Source: Amoebidium appalachense
Taxonomy: Eukaryota; Protista; Ichthyosporea
Reading direction: 5' to 3'
DNA length: 64,000 bases
Assembly (NCBI GenBank): GCA_963693365.1
Contig: CAVNZM010000014.1
Location: 4,278,001 to 4,342,000, forward strand
Each line of letters opens with the position of its first letter. Position 1 is the first letter of the stretch. A model generated the notes under the pieces. The model saw nothing but the letters and a program-made list of their open reading frames with translations. It was not told where the DNA came from and ran no database searches. The position numbers were made by a program, and so were the translations under genes. Of the stretch, positions 1 to 14,829 are shown piece after piece.

Positions 1-492
1 TTCTGTGGTGGTGGAGTTGTTGGGCGCCTGCAGGGGGAGGGGGGGGGGGGGGGGATGTTGCCTCGAGTCTTTCAAAGCCATCCTTCTTGAACAGAGGCTT
101 GCCATCCGGTCCGGGCGGCACATCCTTGTAGGTGTTTTTGAACTCCACCAGCCGCGAGACCAGCGTGTATGGGTCGGGAATAACCCGCCGGATGCGCTCC
201 ATGAAGTAGCTCAGGTCGCCGCCCTTGAGCTCGGTTTCAATGTCGATGCCCTTCTGCTCCAGCACCCCCTGTGAGGCAGGATGCCAATATTAATTTACTA
301 CGCACACTGCAATTTGGGTTTGGTAGACTTTGATACCTGCCGTTATTGTAGGACCCCTCCCCTCCACCCCCCCCATCTTCTCCCCCAACACAAGTAAAAA
401 ATGCATGTGGCTATTTCCCCCCACAACCCTACATTATTTCTCTCTAGGCATATGAATAACCCCCACTCTCCTCCCCCCCCTCCCCCCCCCCC

Positions 493-526
<34 letters not shown>

Positions 527-1566
527 TTGCCCCCCCTCTCTCTGAGGCTCAGGCTCTCTCTCTTCCCTCAGAAGTTTTGTCGAAGGTGTGCATGGTTGTG
601 GGTGGAATGGTGAGTGTGTGCTAACGAGTGTATGTGTGTGTGCGCGTCAGTCACGCATGTTGTTGTTGCCGTTTTTTTTATTTTTATTTTTTATTTTTTA
701 TTTTGGGGGGGGGGGAGGGGGGGGGGGCACCTTCACATGTCCGTAATCCTCTTCATTCCACACAAATATTGCCTCGCTGAGTGCGCGTGCGTACTCAGCC
801 CTGCGGGGGTGTGACTTGTACGTGCCGTCCGCCGTGTTTGCAATGGAGTGGAAGGCGTCATTCAGCACAGTCTGCCACACCACCTCCCCAGGCGGTGCCT
901 GGCCCAACATGCCCTCTCTGGGAGCTGCCTCGGGTCCCCCTGGGGCTGCCTCAAGGCCCCCCGGGGCTGCCTGGGGGTCCTGGGGGGGTGCCTGTGGGCC
1001 GGCAAGGGGTTGCTGCTGCTCGGCAGGGGGAGGACTGGCAGGGGGAGGGGCTTGGTCAGGGACCACCGGCACCTCGGCACCTGGGTCCGGTGGGGGCTGA
1101 ATGGGCCGTAGCCACTGCAGGTGCACCATCAGCTCAAAGGGCGGCGGGCCCAGCTCTCCCAGGGTCTTGCCCTTGTCGGGGCCAAAGGGCACCTGCATGG
1201 CCGGCGACAGCACCTGATCCACCCGCACCACTGCATGCTTCTTGCCCACCTTCATGCCCCCCCAGCGCTCCGGCTGCACAGCCAGCACCACCCCGGTGGC
1301 TGCTGCAGCATGTGGGCCCCGCCGGGGCACAATCTCAACCCCTTCACCGAGTGCCTTTGCATGAAGCCGCGCTGCATGTCATAGAGGGAAGCAAAAAACT
1401 CAGCCAAAAAGCCACAGCACCAACGTTTTTCTCTTCGCTCCACAAAAATCAAATGCATATTCCTTAGCAACCCCCTTCCCCCCCCCCCCCCCCCTTCTCC
1501 CTCCCCCCCCCCCCCTCTCCCAGTGCCCAGCTTGTGTGGCACTTGCACGTGTTAACAGTGCTATAG

Positions 1567-1597
<31 letters not shown>

Positions 1598-3214
1598 ACC
1601 ACCACCACCACCACCACCAATCACCCCCTCCTTTGATAGCCACCCGACACCCAGCATAACACAACTGGAACACTGGCCCATGTGGTCAGCCACCCCCCCC
1701 CCCCCCCCCCCCCCCCCCCTCCCCCCTCCCCTCTCCTCTGGGGGGCCCACAATCTTTCTATATCTGGCATAAGCACATAAGCACTGGGGCAAAAAGCAGG
1801 TGGGATACACACCTGACAGGTTTGGCCTATCGACCACGGCCGAGTAGACCTGCAGGGACGCATATGCATCAAGGGCAGCGTAGGTGGCCTGCACCTCTGA
1901 TAGCGGCTCGTGCCAGTTGGAGCATCGAACAAGTGCCGGCTTGGGCAGCTTCTTGCCTATGACCTGGGCAGTGATGTCGGCCAAGCCCCGGGCCGCAGAG
2001 GTGATAGCTGCACGGGCATAGCAGAACCGGCCCAGCTCCAGATAGCTGGCCACAGGGGTGCCGTAGTCCTTGTTGAGGTGGGCCGAGTCCGTGCCGATCT
2101 GCTTGCCCACCTTGATGATGCTGGGGTCCCTAAGCAGCGCAATCAGCTCGTCCACCAGCCGCGCGGGCGGGCTGTGGTTGGGGCCCATGCGTGCCAAGTG
2201 GAAGATGTACACGGCCCGTGCGGTGGCAATCTGCAGCGTGCAAACCTTGGACCGCGCCTGGCCCACCCGATAGACCCACTCGCAGTCCAGCCCCACCACG
2301 CGGTGCTGCTGCCCCTCCAGGTCGGCACGAATGGCCGCTGTAGCCACCACCGCCCCCTGGCAGTCGGTGTACACCGGCTTAGGGTAGTTGGCCGGCAGCT
2401 CCAGCCCAGGCAGACCGTCCGTCACGCTTACCAGCGCAGCCTCGTTCAGACGGACGGGGCATTTTGGCCGGGCTAGGGTTGGAAACATGCGCTCAACAAA
2501 CGCCCGGTCTTGGCAGCACCGATCTGTGTAGAAGAAGGCCGGGCCCTTGCTGTTGAGCGCCGCCGTGGTGGCAGAGATGCGCTGGATCACGGGCTCAATC
2601 TCCTGGTGGCTGCAGTCCCGTGTAAATACCTGCGCCCGGATCTCTGGGGTGCCGCACTGTGTGAGAGGGCATCTCCGAGCAGCCATGCATTTTCTAGCTT
2701 CCCTTACCACATGGCCCTTCACGAGACTTCAGTGCCCACACAATCCTTTCCCCCTCCCTCCCCCCAAACCCATGTGCCCACATACTTTCCCCTCCCTCTC
2801 CCCCAAAACCCTTCCCCCTCCTTCCCCCCAAACCCATGTGCCCACATACTTTCCCCAGGCCTCCCTTTCCCCCAAAATCTTCCCCCCCCCCTCCCCCCTA
2901 AACCCATGTACCTACAATCCTTCCCCCTTCCTCCCCCTAAACCCTTGTGATCACAATCCTTTCCCCCTCTCTGCCTTCCCCCCAAACCCATGTGCCCACG
3001 ATCCTTCCCCACTCCCCCTCCCCCCAAACCATGGGACAGCCCTCCATATGGCACCTACTGTCCCCCCCCCCCCCCCCCCCCCCCCACCCCACCCCGGGCC
3101 TCTTGCCCTCTCTACCTTCAACCCCGACGGTGGTGTCTCTCCCCCCCCCCCCCCCCCCCCCCCTGCATCCCTTGCAATCACTGGCCCCTACTCCCATTCT
3201 GCTTGGCAGAAGCT

Positions 3215-3284
<70 letters not shown>

Positions 3285-3517
3285 ATTCCCCGCCAAAAGA
3301 AAGCTCCACCCCAGCCCACCCCAATCTCTACCCAGCAAAAACACATACACACATATCTGGAGCTTCCTAGTTTTTGCTCGACAGGGCAAGAATTGTCCCC
3401 AAAACCCACATACTACAAACCTCTACTCATAGTGTGCCACCTCATTAAATGTGGAGCCTAAGAGATTTAAAGGCCCTAGAGGGGGAGGGGGGGGGGGAGG
3501 GGGGGGGAGGGGGGGGT

Positions 3518-3548
<31 letters not shown>

Positions 3549-3980
3549 TGGGGGTGTGTGGGGGGGGGGAGGGGGGGAGAGGGGGCCTGGGGGGAGAGTG
3601 GGGGGAGGGGGGGAGAAGAGGAGGGACCACACACCGCCAAGCTCGTTTACACAAGTCCATAGGCCTCGGTACAGAGGCTCCCCATTGATGCCGGTGAGCT
3701 TCCCAATTTGGAAGGTGTGGTCGGCCTTGAGCACGTTGTTTACGGGCTTGAGCTGCGTGTCCAGGCTCTGGTACTTTGCCGTGCGGTCGCTGAACTCAGT
3801 ATACACGGCACTCAGGTATTTGCCTGAACCCCAAGTACTGTTAGAACTCCACCACCCTCCCATCAGGACCATCCCCCCCATTCCCTCTAGTCCCTCGTGT
3901 TCATCTCACCTCTCTGTATTTTCGTAAGTCTGTATGGCTTTTCCCATCTCAAAAACGCTACACACCCATCTCCGGCCGTT

Positions 3981-4026
<46 letters not shown>

Positions 4027-4222
4027 CCCCCCCGCCTCCCGGCGCGCGCAAACCCTCCAAGTCATTGCACCAACTTTCACCTTCTTTCCCCTTTGTGCCC
4101 CATCTGCAGTTTGTCCCCTGCACGTCCGTTTGCCCTTCCCCCCACACCCTCCTGCCACTACTATAATAACCATTAAGTACCGCCACCAAGATCCAGTCTA
4201 CCACCATGTGCCCCCCCCCCCC

Positions 4223-4254
<32 letters not shown>

Positions 4255-4403
4255 CTCTCCACCTCCTTTCCCCCAACACACACAGACACACATGCGCACA
4301 CCCACCATCTAATTTCAGGCATAACAGTTCTCCACGATTTCCCAAGCACACTCACTGGTACATGGACCGTTATGCTTTCACCCCTCTGATGATCCCTCTG
4401 CCC

Positions 4404-4437
<34 letters not shown>

Positions 4438-4517
4438 ACCACCACCACCACCACCACCACCACCATGACTGATTGCCACCACCACCACCTAATCCATCAC
4501 CATGTCCCCCCTCCCCC

Positions 4518-4562
<45 letters not shown>

Positions 4563-6235
4563 ACGGACCCACAAGTACACGCACACTCACAGGCGCACAT
4601 CCACCACCACACATCCACCACCACCATAATAGAAACTTATTGACCACACTTCCAAAACCCATTTCCAAGTCCCCCCCCCCCCTAAAAAAAAAATAAAAAA
4701 TAATAAAACAAAACCCTACCAAGCCAACCCAAAAAATGCCCAAGCACGTGCATACAAAACAATGGGGACCATTTACACACCCAAAATGCAGTGCACACTT
4801 GCCTGAAGGCACATGTCCAGCGTAACCATTTTTGTCACCAAACGCCGAGAACTTAGCCGCCTGCTCCTCTGGGGGAAGTTCTGTCAGGCGCTGGTCGTGG
4901 GGGCGGAAATCGTTACGCTTTTTGAGTTCATACTTGGTCCAATGCAGCGCCCTCGAGTAATACAGGAGCCGCTGCTCGTCGTATCGCTGCTTGTGGAGCT
5001 CCGAGAGGAGGGTGGCAAAGGCGTTTGGGCCCACACCTTTGTCTGCCAGTGCACGCAACAATGTTACCACCTTTAGGTCGAGCCCACTGCGGTGGCTAAG
5101 GTAGGCCGGAAACTGATCACGCATGAAGAGTGGAAGGCGTTTAATTGTCTGGGGGGTTTGTGCCGGCAAAGTTTTTTTTGCATGTGTCACAAAAGTACCG
5201 GGCCGTGATAATGTAGTAGCAGCTGTCAAAGTCGATAACACGCCGTCCTACGGGGTTGCTCATGAACCCATTGCGAGAAGTACGGTGTGGGTTGGGGTGG
5301 TTGTGGGGGTCCACGTAGTGATCATCGAAGGGGCACGGCACCATGAAACCGGGAGACAACCTTTCCGGAAGCCAGGCAAAACATCTGGGTTTGTAGAAAG
5401 GCGCTGGATCGCCCCCAAATTTAAAGCCTATAATGGGAGGTGGAAGATGCCACCCCACAGGCGTCTTCTCATCTTTGAGACTCTCTTTCACTGTGTGCAG
5501 GTGCGACTTGATTGTTTCGCCCGCCGCGTCAGAAAACTCCTCTCCACCGTCATCCCCGTCCGTATTATCTTCTCCCTCTTCCTCCCCTTCATCCTCGTCT
5601 ACCCGGTACGCATCTGCTGCTGCATTTAGCAAAGGTTCCTCGTCGGGTTGCACCTGTATGTCTGGTGGGTGTGGAGCAGGGGCCCGATCCATTTCTCTTG
5701 GTAACGAATGGACGCTACCTGCCTCAACTACACGGGCCCTTATGTCGGCGGCCTTAGATAGAGGGGGCTGTTCGGGTTGTACGTTTACGTTTAGTTCCTG
5801 CAAAACAGCTTTGTTTGCCGTCCCAAAACCTGCAAAGTTCGCTAAAGGCTGAACAAATGCAGCATCTTTTTTTTTGCGCCCAGCTCCCTCCCTAGCTCCG
5901 CCTGTTTTATGCCCAGGGCGCTGTGTTGTGCCCTTAGGGCAGCCTGGCTTCATTTTAAACACTTGGGGCCTGGCCCCCTGCCCCCCTAGTGCGACTACGT
6001 TACCGCAAACATTCCCGTATTCCAGTGTGCTCGGCAATGCTGCTCATGGCCTTCCCGGACTGGTTGTGACCAGTAAAGAGCGCGCCAATTCCTGACCGCC
6101 GCCTACAGCAGTGTATGATCTGTTATCCATATTCGGCAAAAGGGGTCTTGCCCAACCAATGGCTTGAATCCTTGTAACTTTGCTTTATCCATATAAGGTT
6201 AGCTGAACACCCCCCCTCCAATCATACCCCCCCCT
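1..6235 (-). mobile_element. Dada-like DNA transposon (partial; 5' terminus approximate)
   Basis: Transposase above. The upstream noncoding DNA ends abruptly against a start-less gag-like frame at ~6235. The other end is outside the window. Confidence 0.55.
62..5953 (-). CDS. Dada-like (DUF6729-type) DDE transposase with an embedded WRN-like DEDDy 3'-5' exonuclease; multi-exon, 3' end runs off the window, one +1 frameshift
   Basis: Hand-spliced exons ~5953-4803, 3823-3635, 2643-1813, ~1371-731 and ~268-62 join in phase (VPS-G-KYLSAVY; NELG-E-IRAQVFT; NLS-A-RLHAK; HVK-GVLEQ). Motifs: FPAYLSHRSGLD, LKADHTFQ, FYTDRCCQD, LNDAFH, RRVIPDP, GKPLF. Exonuclease motifs: VGLDCEW, GKQIGTDSAHL, YAALDAY. 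Family call is from recalled motifs, not a database search. Confidence 0.75.
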
Positions 6236-6239
6236 TCTC

Positions 6240-6923
6240 TCTAGTAGTAGCTCCTGGCATGCCGCACCCCCCGCCGGCGGCCTGCTGAGCACGCTGTCTG
6301 CGCGGGCAAAGGGCAAGGAGCCTGTCTATGCGTACGACACCGGCAGTGAAGACACCCCATCGTCGAGTGAGGATTCTGATTCCAGCAACAGTGGCTACGG
6401 TCGTTCATCTCGCAGCCGTCGTTCCTCTGGCCGTTCCAAACCCAACCCCAGCCGTTATCTGCTCTCCAGCGGCGCCAAAGTCAACCTGCGCGTCAAAGAA
6501 CGTCTGGCCCCTTCCTACCTCAAGAGCACCTTGGCTGACCAGGCCTCGGTCACTGCGGCTGTCCACGCGGCGGATTGGGTCAGCTACCGCAACAAACGGG
6601 AGGCTCTGACGCTTGCCCATATGCTGGATCTGCTGCTGGCCGCCGACCCTAAGGCCCGCAAGGAGTCACCTGCTGTGGAAGTTGGTGTGCGCCGTCTGCT
6701 GGCTGTGCAGACTGCTGATCAGTCCAACGGGGACTGGGCTGTTGCAGAGCAGTTTGAGGAGCTCCCTGCGCGCAGCCTGCCCCTGCCCCCTGCCTTGGCC
6801 ACCCGGGCTGTTGGTCAAGCCAAGACCCTCGCCGAAGTCACCCGGGCTCGGTGCGGTCCCGGCAGTGGCCCATCCGGAGGCGGTCCATCGACCCCTCCGG
6901 GGACCGGTGGGCACAGGGCCTAA
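6240..6923 (+). pseudogene. gag-like ORF1 of the YR retrotransposon, 5'-truncated
   Basis: The frame is open from ~6240 with no ATG (SSWHAAPPAGG...RNKREALTLAHMLDLLL...VEVGVRRLLAVQTADQSNGDWAVAEQFEE). Its position upstream of RT fits ORF1. Confidence 0.6.
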
Positions 6924-7042
6924 ACGGCCCTTTGGGGGTTCGGCACGTGGTTCTGTATATTATTTTCTTGTGGTTTCCTGCCACGTGCCCTTGATTAAAT
7001 ATGCCCCCTAATTTTTCTAAGGATTCCACAGCTAGCCACGTC

Positions 7043-8690
7043 ATGTCTTTGCCGCCTCTGATTTGTTTCCTGTTCCGGCCATTCCTGTGCCGGACCGTTC
7101 TGGACAAGCCCGTCTACGGAGTCAACGCCGTCGGCAACGTCTGTCTCACCGCCTGAAGGGGGTTACCTTGGCTAACCGTTGTCTTGGTGCCCTCAACGAG
7201 CTGTGGGCAGGCGGCCCTTGCCCATTCCCGACCCGGTTGGTGAACAGTCACCACCATGCCCTGTGGACCTTTGTCCTTAGGGCCAGCTACGATGCTATAC
7301 GCGGGTGTCTACGACGCTCAGCCTGCGAGTAGTGTCTTGGCTGCGTTCCCCGCGGCCTACCCTGTATTGACAGGATGGCTACCTCTCACGGCGGCAAATG
7401 CCGCTTTGCCACCCCCTGGGGTTGGAGCCACAGTGGACGTGTTGCAGTTTTTGTCTCCTACGCTGCAGCCGTTTTTGGCCAACTGCGACGGCGGCCTTCT
7501 CAAGCCTGTTCCGCCGACGCCTGCAGAGCTGCGCCGCATCCGACCGGCGCATCACGTTCCCAGTGGGGAATACGGTCCCCTGCTTCTTCGGCTTCAAGAC
7601 TGCGGCATGGTGCACTATTTCGAGGCGAAGGAAAAACCACTGGCCATCAATGGGCTGTTTGGGGTCCCCAAAGACACCAGAGCCCGCGTCATTTTTGACG
7701 GCCGCCGTGGCAACTTGTTCTTTGCCCGTGATCATCCTGCCCTCCAGGTGCACCTGCCCAACCCTGCCGATTTTGCCGATCTGTTGCTGGGGCCTGAGGA
7801 TTGCCTCTATTTTGGCAAGTCGGACATGGACAACCAGTCCATCGTCTTCTTGCCCCCGAGTGGCTGTGGCGGTACTTCGGATTGCCGCCTGTGTCTTCGG
7901 AGGCTGTTGGCATTTCTGGGCCCGACCGGCTTGTGTACCCGGCCCTCAAGACCGTGCCCATGGGCTGGGTGCATTCTGTGCTTGTGGCTCAAGACGCCCA
8001 TGGGCAGTTGGCTGACCAAGCCGGCATGCCCCGCATTGAGCGCCTCTGTGCGATAGTGCCGCGGCCTGTGGAGGCCACGCAGCATGCCCTGTATGTGCAA
8101 GACTGTGGCTGGGTGGGCAGAGATGCCACCGCCATCAATCGTCAGCGTGAATCGTATCATGGCGTCAACGGCCCGGCTGGTCTTCCCTCCAACGTCAAGA
8201 AGGATGTGGCTGCTGGTTGATCGTCCTCTATGGTGCTGCTAGGCCTTGAAATGCATCGCTCTGGGATATTGCGCCCATCTGGCGCTTCCTTGTGCCATCT
8301 GGTGGCGGAAACCCAGGCCGTGTTGCGTCGTGGTGTCGTCACGCAGCTCCGTTTGCAGCAGTTGCTTGGTGGTTGGGTGTGGGCGGCACTGCTGCAGCAG
8401 CCGCTTTTGTCGGTTCTGAGTGCCGTCTACAGTTTTGTGGAGCAGCTGGGGGGTCGGGAACAGCCCCTTCCCCCGCCCGTGGTGTGGGAGCTTCAGGCGA
8501 TGTGTGCTTTGGCCCCTTTGATGCGTTGTGATTTGCGTTCTGGGTTTGCTAGCACCATGTTCTGCACTGATGCTTCCTTGTTGGGTGGTGCAGTGGTGTC
8601 CCGGGTGCTTCCAGCAACGCTTCTCCGCGAAGTGCTGCCTCACTGCAACCGGCGTGGCCACTACAGCCAGCTTGTTCCAGCAAAGACCAC
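7043..8690 (+). pseudogene. Reverse transcriptase / RNase H of the YR retrotransposon (frameshifted)
   Basis: GLFGVPKDTRARVIFDGRRGN, FGKSDMDNQ, then a frameshift, then HRLLAPEWLWRYFGLP, KTVPMGWVHSV. The catalytic motif reads YVQD where the second copy has YVDD. Stop at 8218-8220. RNase H FCTDASLLGGAVV follows. Confidence 0.85.
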
Positions 8691-9318
8691 GCCCCCGCTT
8701 CCGTTTTCATTGGTCCTCGTCATTGGCCATCATTTGTATTCCAAAATTGGCCCCTTGTTTGGTATTGCTGTTATTGCTGTTTTGCTTGGATTTGAGTGTT
8801 ATTTTCGTGTCAGTGAGCTGCTTATGCTCACCCGTGCGGATCTTATTTTGCCCGACGACCCCGTTCCCCACGACATGCCACCCGGTACAGGCGGCATACG
8901 CCTGGCCGACACCAAGACCGGTCCAAATCAGTTTGTCCCCATCACCGATCCGTCCCTGTTGGCCATCCTGTCTTTCTGGTTCCGTGGCGCCCCCCCTTCT
9001 GCGCGGCTGTTTCCTTTCTCGTATGCTGTTCTGCGTGCCAAGTTCCAAGCGGCATGTGACTCCCTCGGCCTCAACGAGTATGGGTTCCATTTTCACAGTC
9101 TTCGCCATGGTGGTGCCTCGAGAGACTATGTCAGGGGTGTTTCAGTAGAGACGATTGCTCTGCGTGGTCGATGGAGATCGCATGCCTCCCTCCGCCGGTA
9201 TGTGCAGGCCGGCCAGTCTCTTGTTCTTTCTATTCGCGTGCCTGCGTCGCTCCTTGCCCGGGCTGCAGCGCTGCGTCAGTCACCCACGGCATGGTTCGTT
9301 CCTTCCCGTGCCAGGTAG
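8691..9318 (+). CDS. Tyrosine recombinase catalytic domain, fused in frame to the RNase H remnant (ORF 8230-9318)
   Basis: FECYFRVSELL (R), DTKTG (K), HSLRHGGAS (HxxR), RGRWRS, RRYVQ (Y). The catalytic set is complete. Confidence 0.9.
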
Positions 9319-9324
9319 GGAGTG

Positions 9325-10629
9325 GTGGAGCACACCTGTGCCTGCTTGTGAGATTGATCCACAGGCACCGGCTCATGTATCCCCTTGCTGGGGCTGGTAA
9401 AGACGACGTTGGCATAAGAATATTAAGTTTGTAAACGTGTTTTCTTTGCAGGAGAATTAGATAGCCCCGTTGGAGTGAAATTGTGTGTTGCGAGTGTGCT
9501 GTAAACTTCGTGGTAGTATAATGTTGTAGGCCATGGTGTGTTTGATGTGTGTGCAAAGTTTCAGGCTGCTAGCATTTTTATTTAGGGAGATGTAGTTGTT
9601 TTTATGTTCTGTGGGATATGCCATTTGGATATATTGATGAGTGTGAGTTATATCTAGTCCGAAATGGGCGGCAATTGTTGTGGTCTTTGTAATCTAGGGG
9701 TTTTAGCCACTTGTGAAAATATATAGTTTGTAAACGTGTTTTCTTTGCAGGAGAATTAGATAGCCCCGTTGGAGTGAGATTGTGTGTTGCGAGTGTGCTG
9801 TAGAATTCGTAGTAGTTACACGTTGTAGGCCTTGGTGTGTTTGATGTGTGTGCAAAGTTTCAGGCTGCTAGCATTTTTATTTAGGGAGCTGTAACTGTTT
9901 TTATGTTCTGTGGGATATGCCATATGGATATATTGATGAGTTTGAGTTATATCTAGTCCAAAATGGGCGGCAATCGATTTGGTCTTTGTGATCTAGGGGT
10001 TTTAGCCACTTGTGAAAAATTTTCATTGGTTGATGTGCAGCAAAAATTCCATTTTGGTAGATTTCATGGATTTGATAGGTTCTAAGTCATTTCTTCATAT
10101 TTCCATAGGCAAAAATGTGGGCCGCGCTATATAATGAGCTTGCGCGGCCCCAGGGAGGTCAGTTGCGGCGCTACTGAGCGCGTTTAGGTCTCTTTAGGCC
10201 CAATTTTTTAGCTAAGTTTTTGCCCACCCACCACACCCTTTGCCTATTTAGGCACTAGGCTACGTTTTTTGAGCATGTTTCTGTATGACATTTGTCATTC
10301 TTTTCATTGCTCCTGTGGAGCACACCTGTGCCTGCTTGTGACATTGATCCACAGGCACCGGCTCATGTATCTCCTTGCTGGGGCTGGTAAAGACGACGTT
10401 GGCATAAGAAGGTCTCTTTAGGCCCAATTTTTTAGCTAAGTTTTTTGCCCACCCACCCTTGCCTATTTAGGCACTAGGCTACGTTTTTTGAGCATGTTTC
10501 TGTATGACATTTGTCATTCTTTTCATTGCTCCTGTGGAGCACACCTGTGCCTGCTTGTGAGATTGATCCACACGCACCGGCTCATGTATCCCCTTGCTGG
10601 GGCTGGTAAAGACGACGTTGGCATAAGAA
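9325..10629 (+). repeat. Split direct repeats: 96-bp B (9325-9420, 10315-10410, 10534-10629) and A (9421-10314, with an internal ~300-bp tandem duplication)
   Basis: Near-identical GTGGAGCACACCTGTGCC...GACGACGTTGGCATAAGAA copies. 9421-9720 is repeated at 9721-10018. Confidence 0.9.
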
Positions 10630-10780
10630 TGAATTTCACTAGCTTCATTACCAGGGACAGGGGGAAAGCCCGATAAGCTTCGTTTATTTTCACATTCACT
10701 ACACTAAGATGCTCACTTCGCAAGTACGCTGCACCCTTTTGTTAAAGGTGACTACCGTCCGCGTACTCTTTTAAGGCTAT

Positions 10781-13655
<2,875 letters not shown>

Positions 13656-13659
13656 ACAA

Positions 13660-13896
13660 ACACACACACATACACACACACACATATACACACACATGCG
13701 GTGTCACACACACCGTGCTCATACACACACACACTAACTAACAAACATGATACAAGCATACACACACACGCGCGCGCATACACACACCGTGCCGTTGACA
13801 CACACACACACACACACACACATACACACACACACACGTACACACACACACACAGACACACACACACGCACAGACACACACACACACACACACAGG

Positions 13897-13934
<38 letters not shown>

Positions 13935-13985
13935 ACACACACACACACATACACACACACACGCACAGACACACACACACACACA
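13660..13985. repeat. (CA)n microsatellite tract
   Basis: Directly visible. Confidence 0.95.
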
Positions 13986-14139
13986 TGTCAGAATATACAA
14001 CAATAGTGCACGAGTTGGCATATGCATTTTGCACGCACGTGCACAGCACGATTCTTCATTAGTTGCACATCTTTGGTTTACACAGGTTGCACGAGCACAT
14101 AGCATACATAGTTAGGTACGATCGTTTATTTCTGCTTTA

Positions 14140-14829
14140 TATTTAGTTTGTAAACGTGTTTTCTTTGCAGGAGAATTAGATAGCCCCGTTGGAGTGAAAT
14201 TGTGTGTTGCAAGTGTGCTGTAAAATTCGAAGTAGTAGCATGGTGTAGGCCTTGGTGTGTTTGATGTGTGTGCAAAGTTTCGGGCTGCTAGCATTTTCAT
14301 TTAGGAAGCTGTAGCTGTTTTTATGTTCTGTGGGATATGCCATATGGATATATTGATGAGTTTGAGTTATATCTAGTCCGAAATGGGCGGCAATTGATTT
14401 GGTCTTTGTGATCTAGGGGTTTTAGCCACTTGTGAAAATTTTTCATTGGTTGATGTGCAGCAAAAATTCCATTTTGGTAGATTTCATGGATTTGATAGGT
14501 TTTAAGTCATTTCTTCATATTTCCATTGGCAAAAATGTGGGCCGCGCATATAATGAGCTTGCGCGGCCCGAGGGAGGTCAGTTGCGGCGCTACTGAGCGC
14601 GTTTAGGTCTCTTTAGGCCCAATTTTTTAGCTAAGTTTTTGCCCACCCACCACACCCTTTGCCTATTTAGGCACTAGGCTACGTTTTTTGATCATGTTTC
14701 TGTATGACATTTGTCATTCTTTTCATTGCTCCTGTGGAGCACACCTGTGCCTGCTTGTGAGATTGATCCACAGGCTCCGGCTCATGTATCCCCTTGCTGG
14801 GGCTGGTAAAGACGACGTTGGCATAAGAA
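14140..14829 (+). mobile_element. Solo A-B terminal repeat of the first YR retrotransposon family
   Basis: Near-identical to 9721-10410, with no adjacent same-strand ORFs. Confidence 0.85.

Larger units (their letters stand above)
6236..10629 (+). mobile_element. Tyrosine-recombinase (DIRS-order, PAT/Ngaro-type) retrotransposon, 5'-truncated and degenerate
   Basis: Order is gag-like ORF, RT, RNase H, YR, then split direct repeats B1 (9325-9420), A2 (9421-10314), B2 (10315-10410) and an extra partial A+B (10411-10629). Confidence 0.85.

Noticed and set aside
1813-2643. Stand-alone host WRN/EXD2 exonuclease gene
   Set aside because: It splices in phase with transposase-like exons on both sides.
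6000-6235. tRNA/U6 remnant at the Dada-like end
   Set aside because: No cloverleaf, box B or U6 core motif is recognisable by eye.
8691-9318. Phage integrase or bacterial contamination
   Set aside because: It is linked to RT/RNase H and split direct repeats typical of eukaryotic DIRS-order elements.
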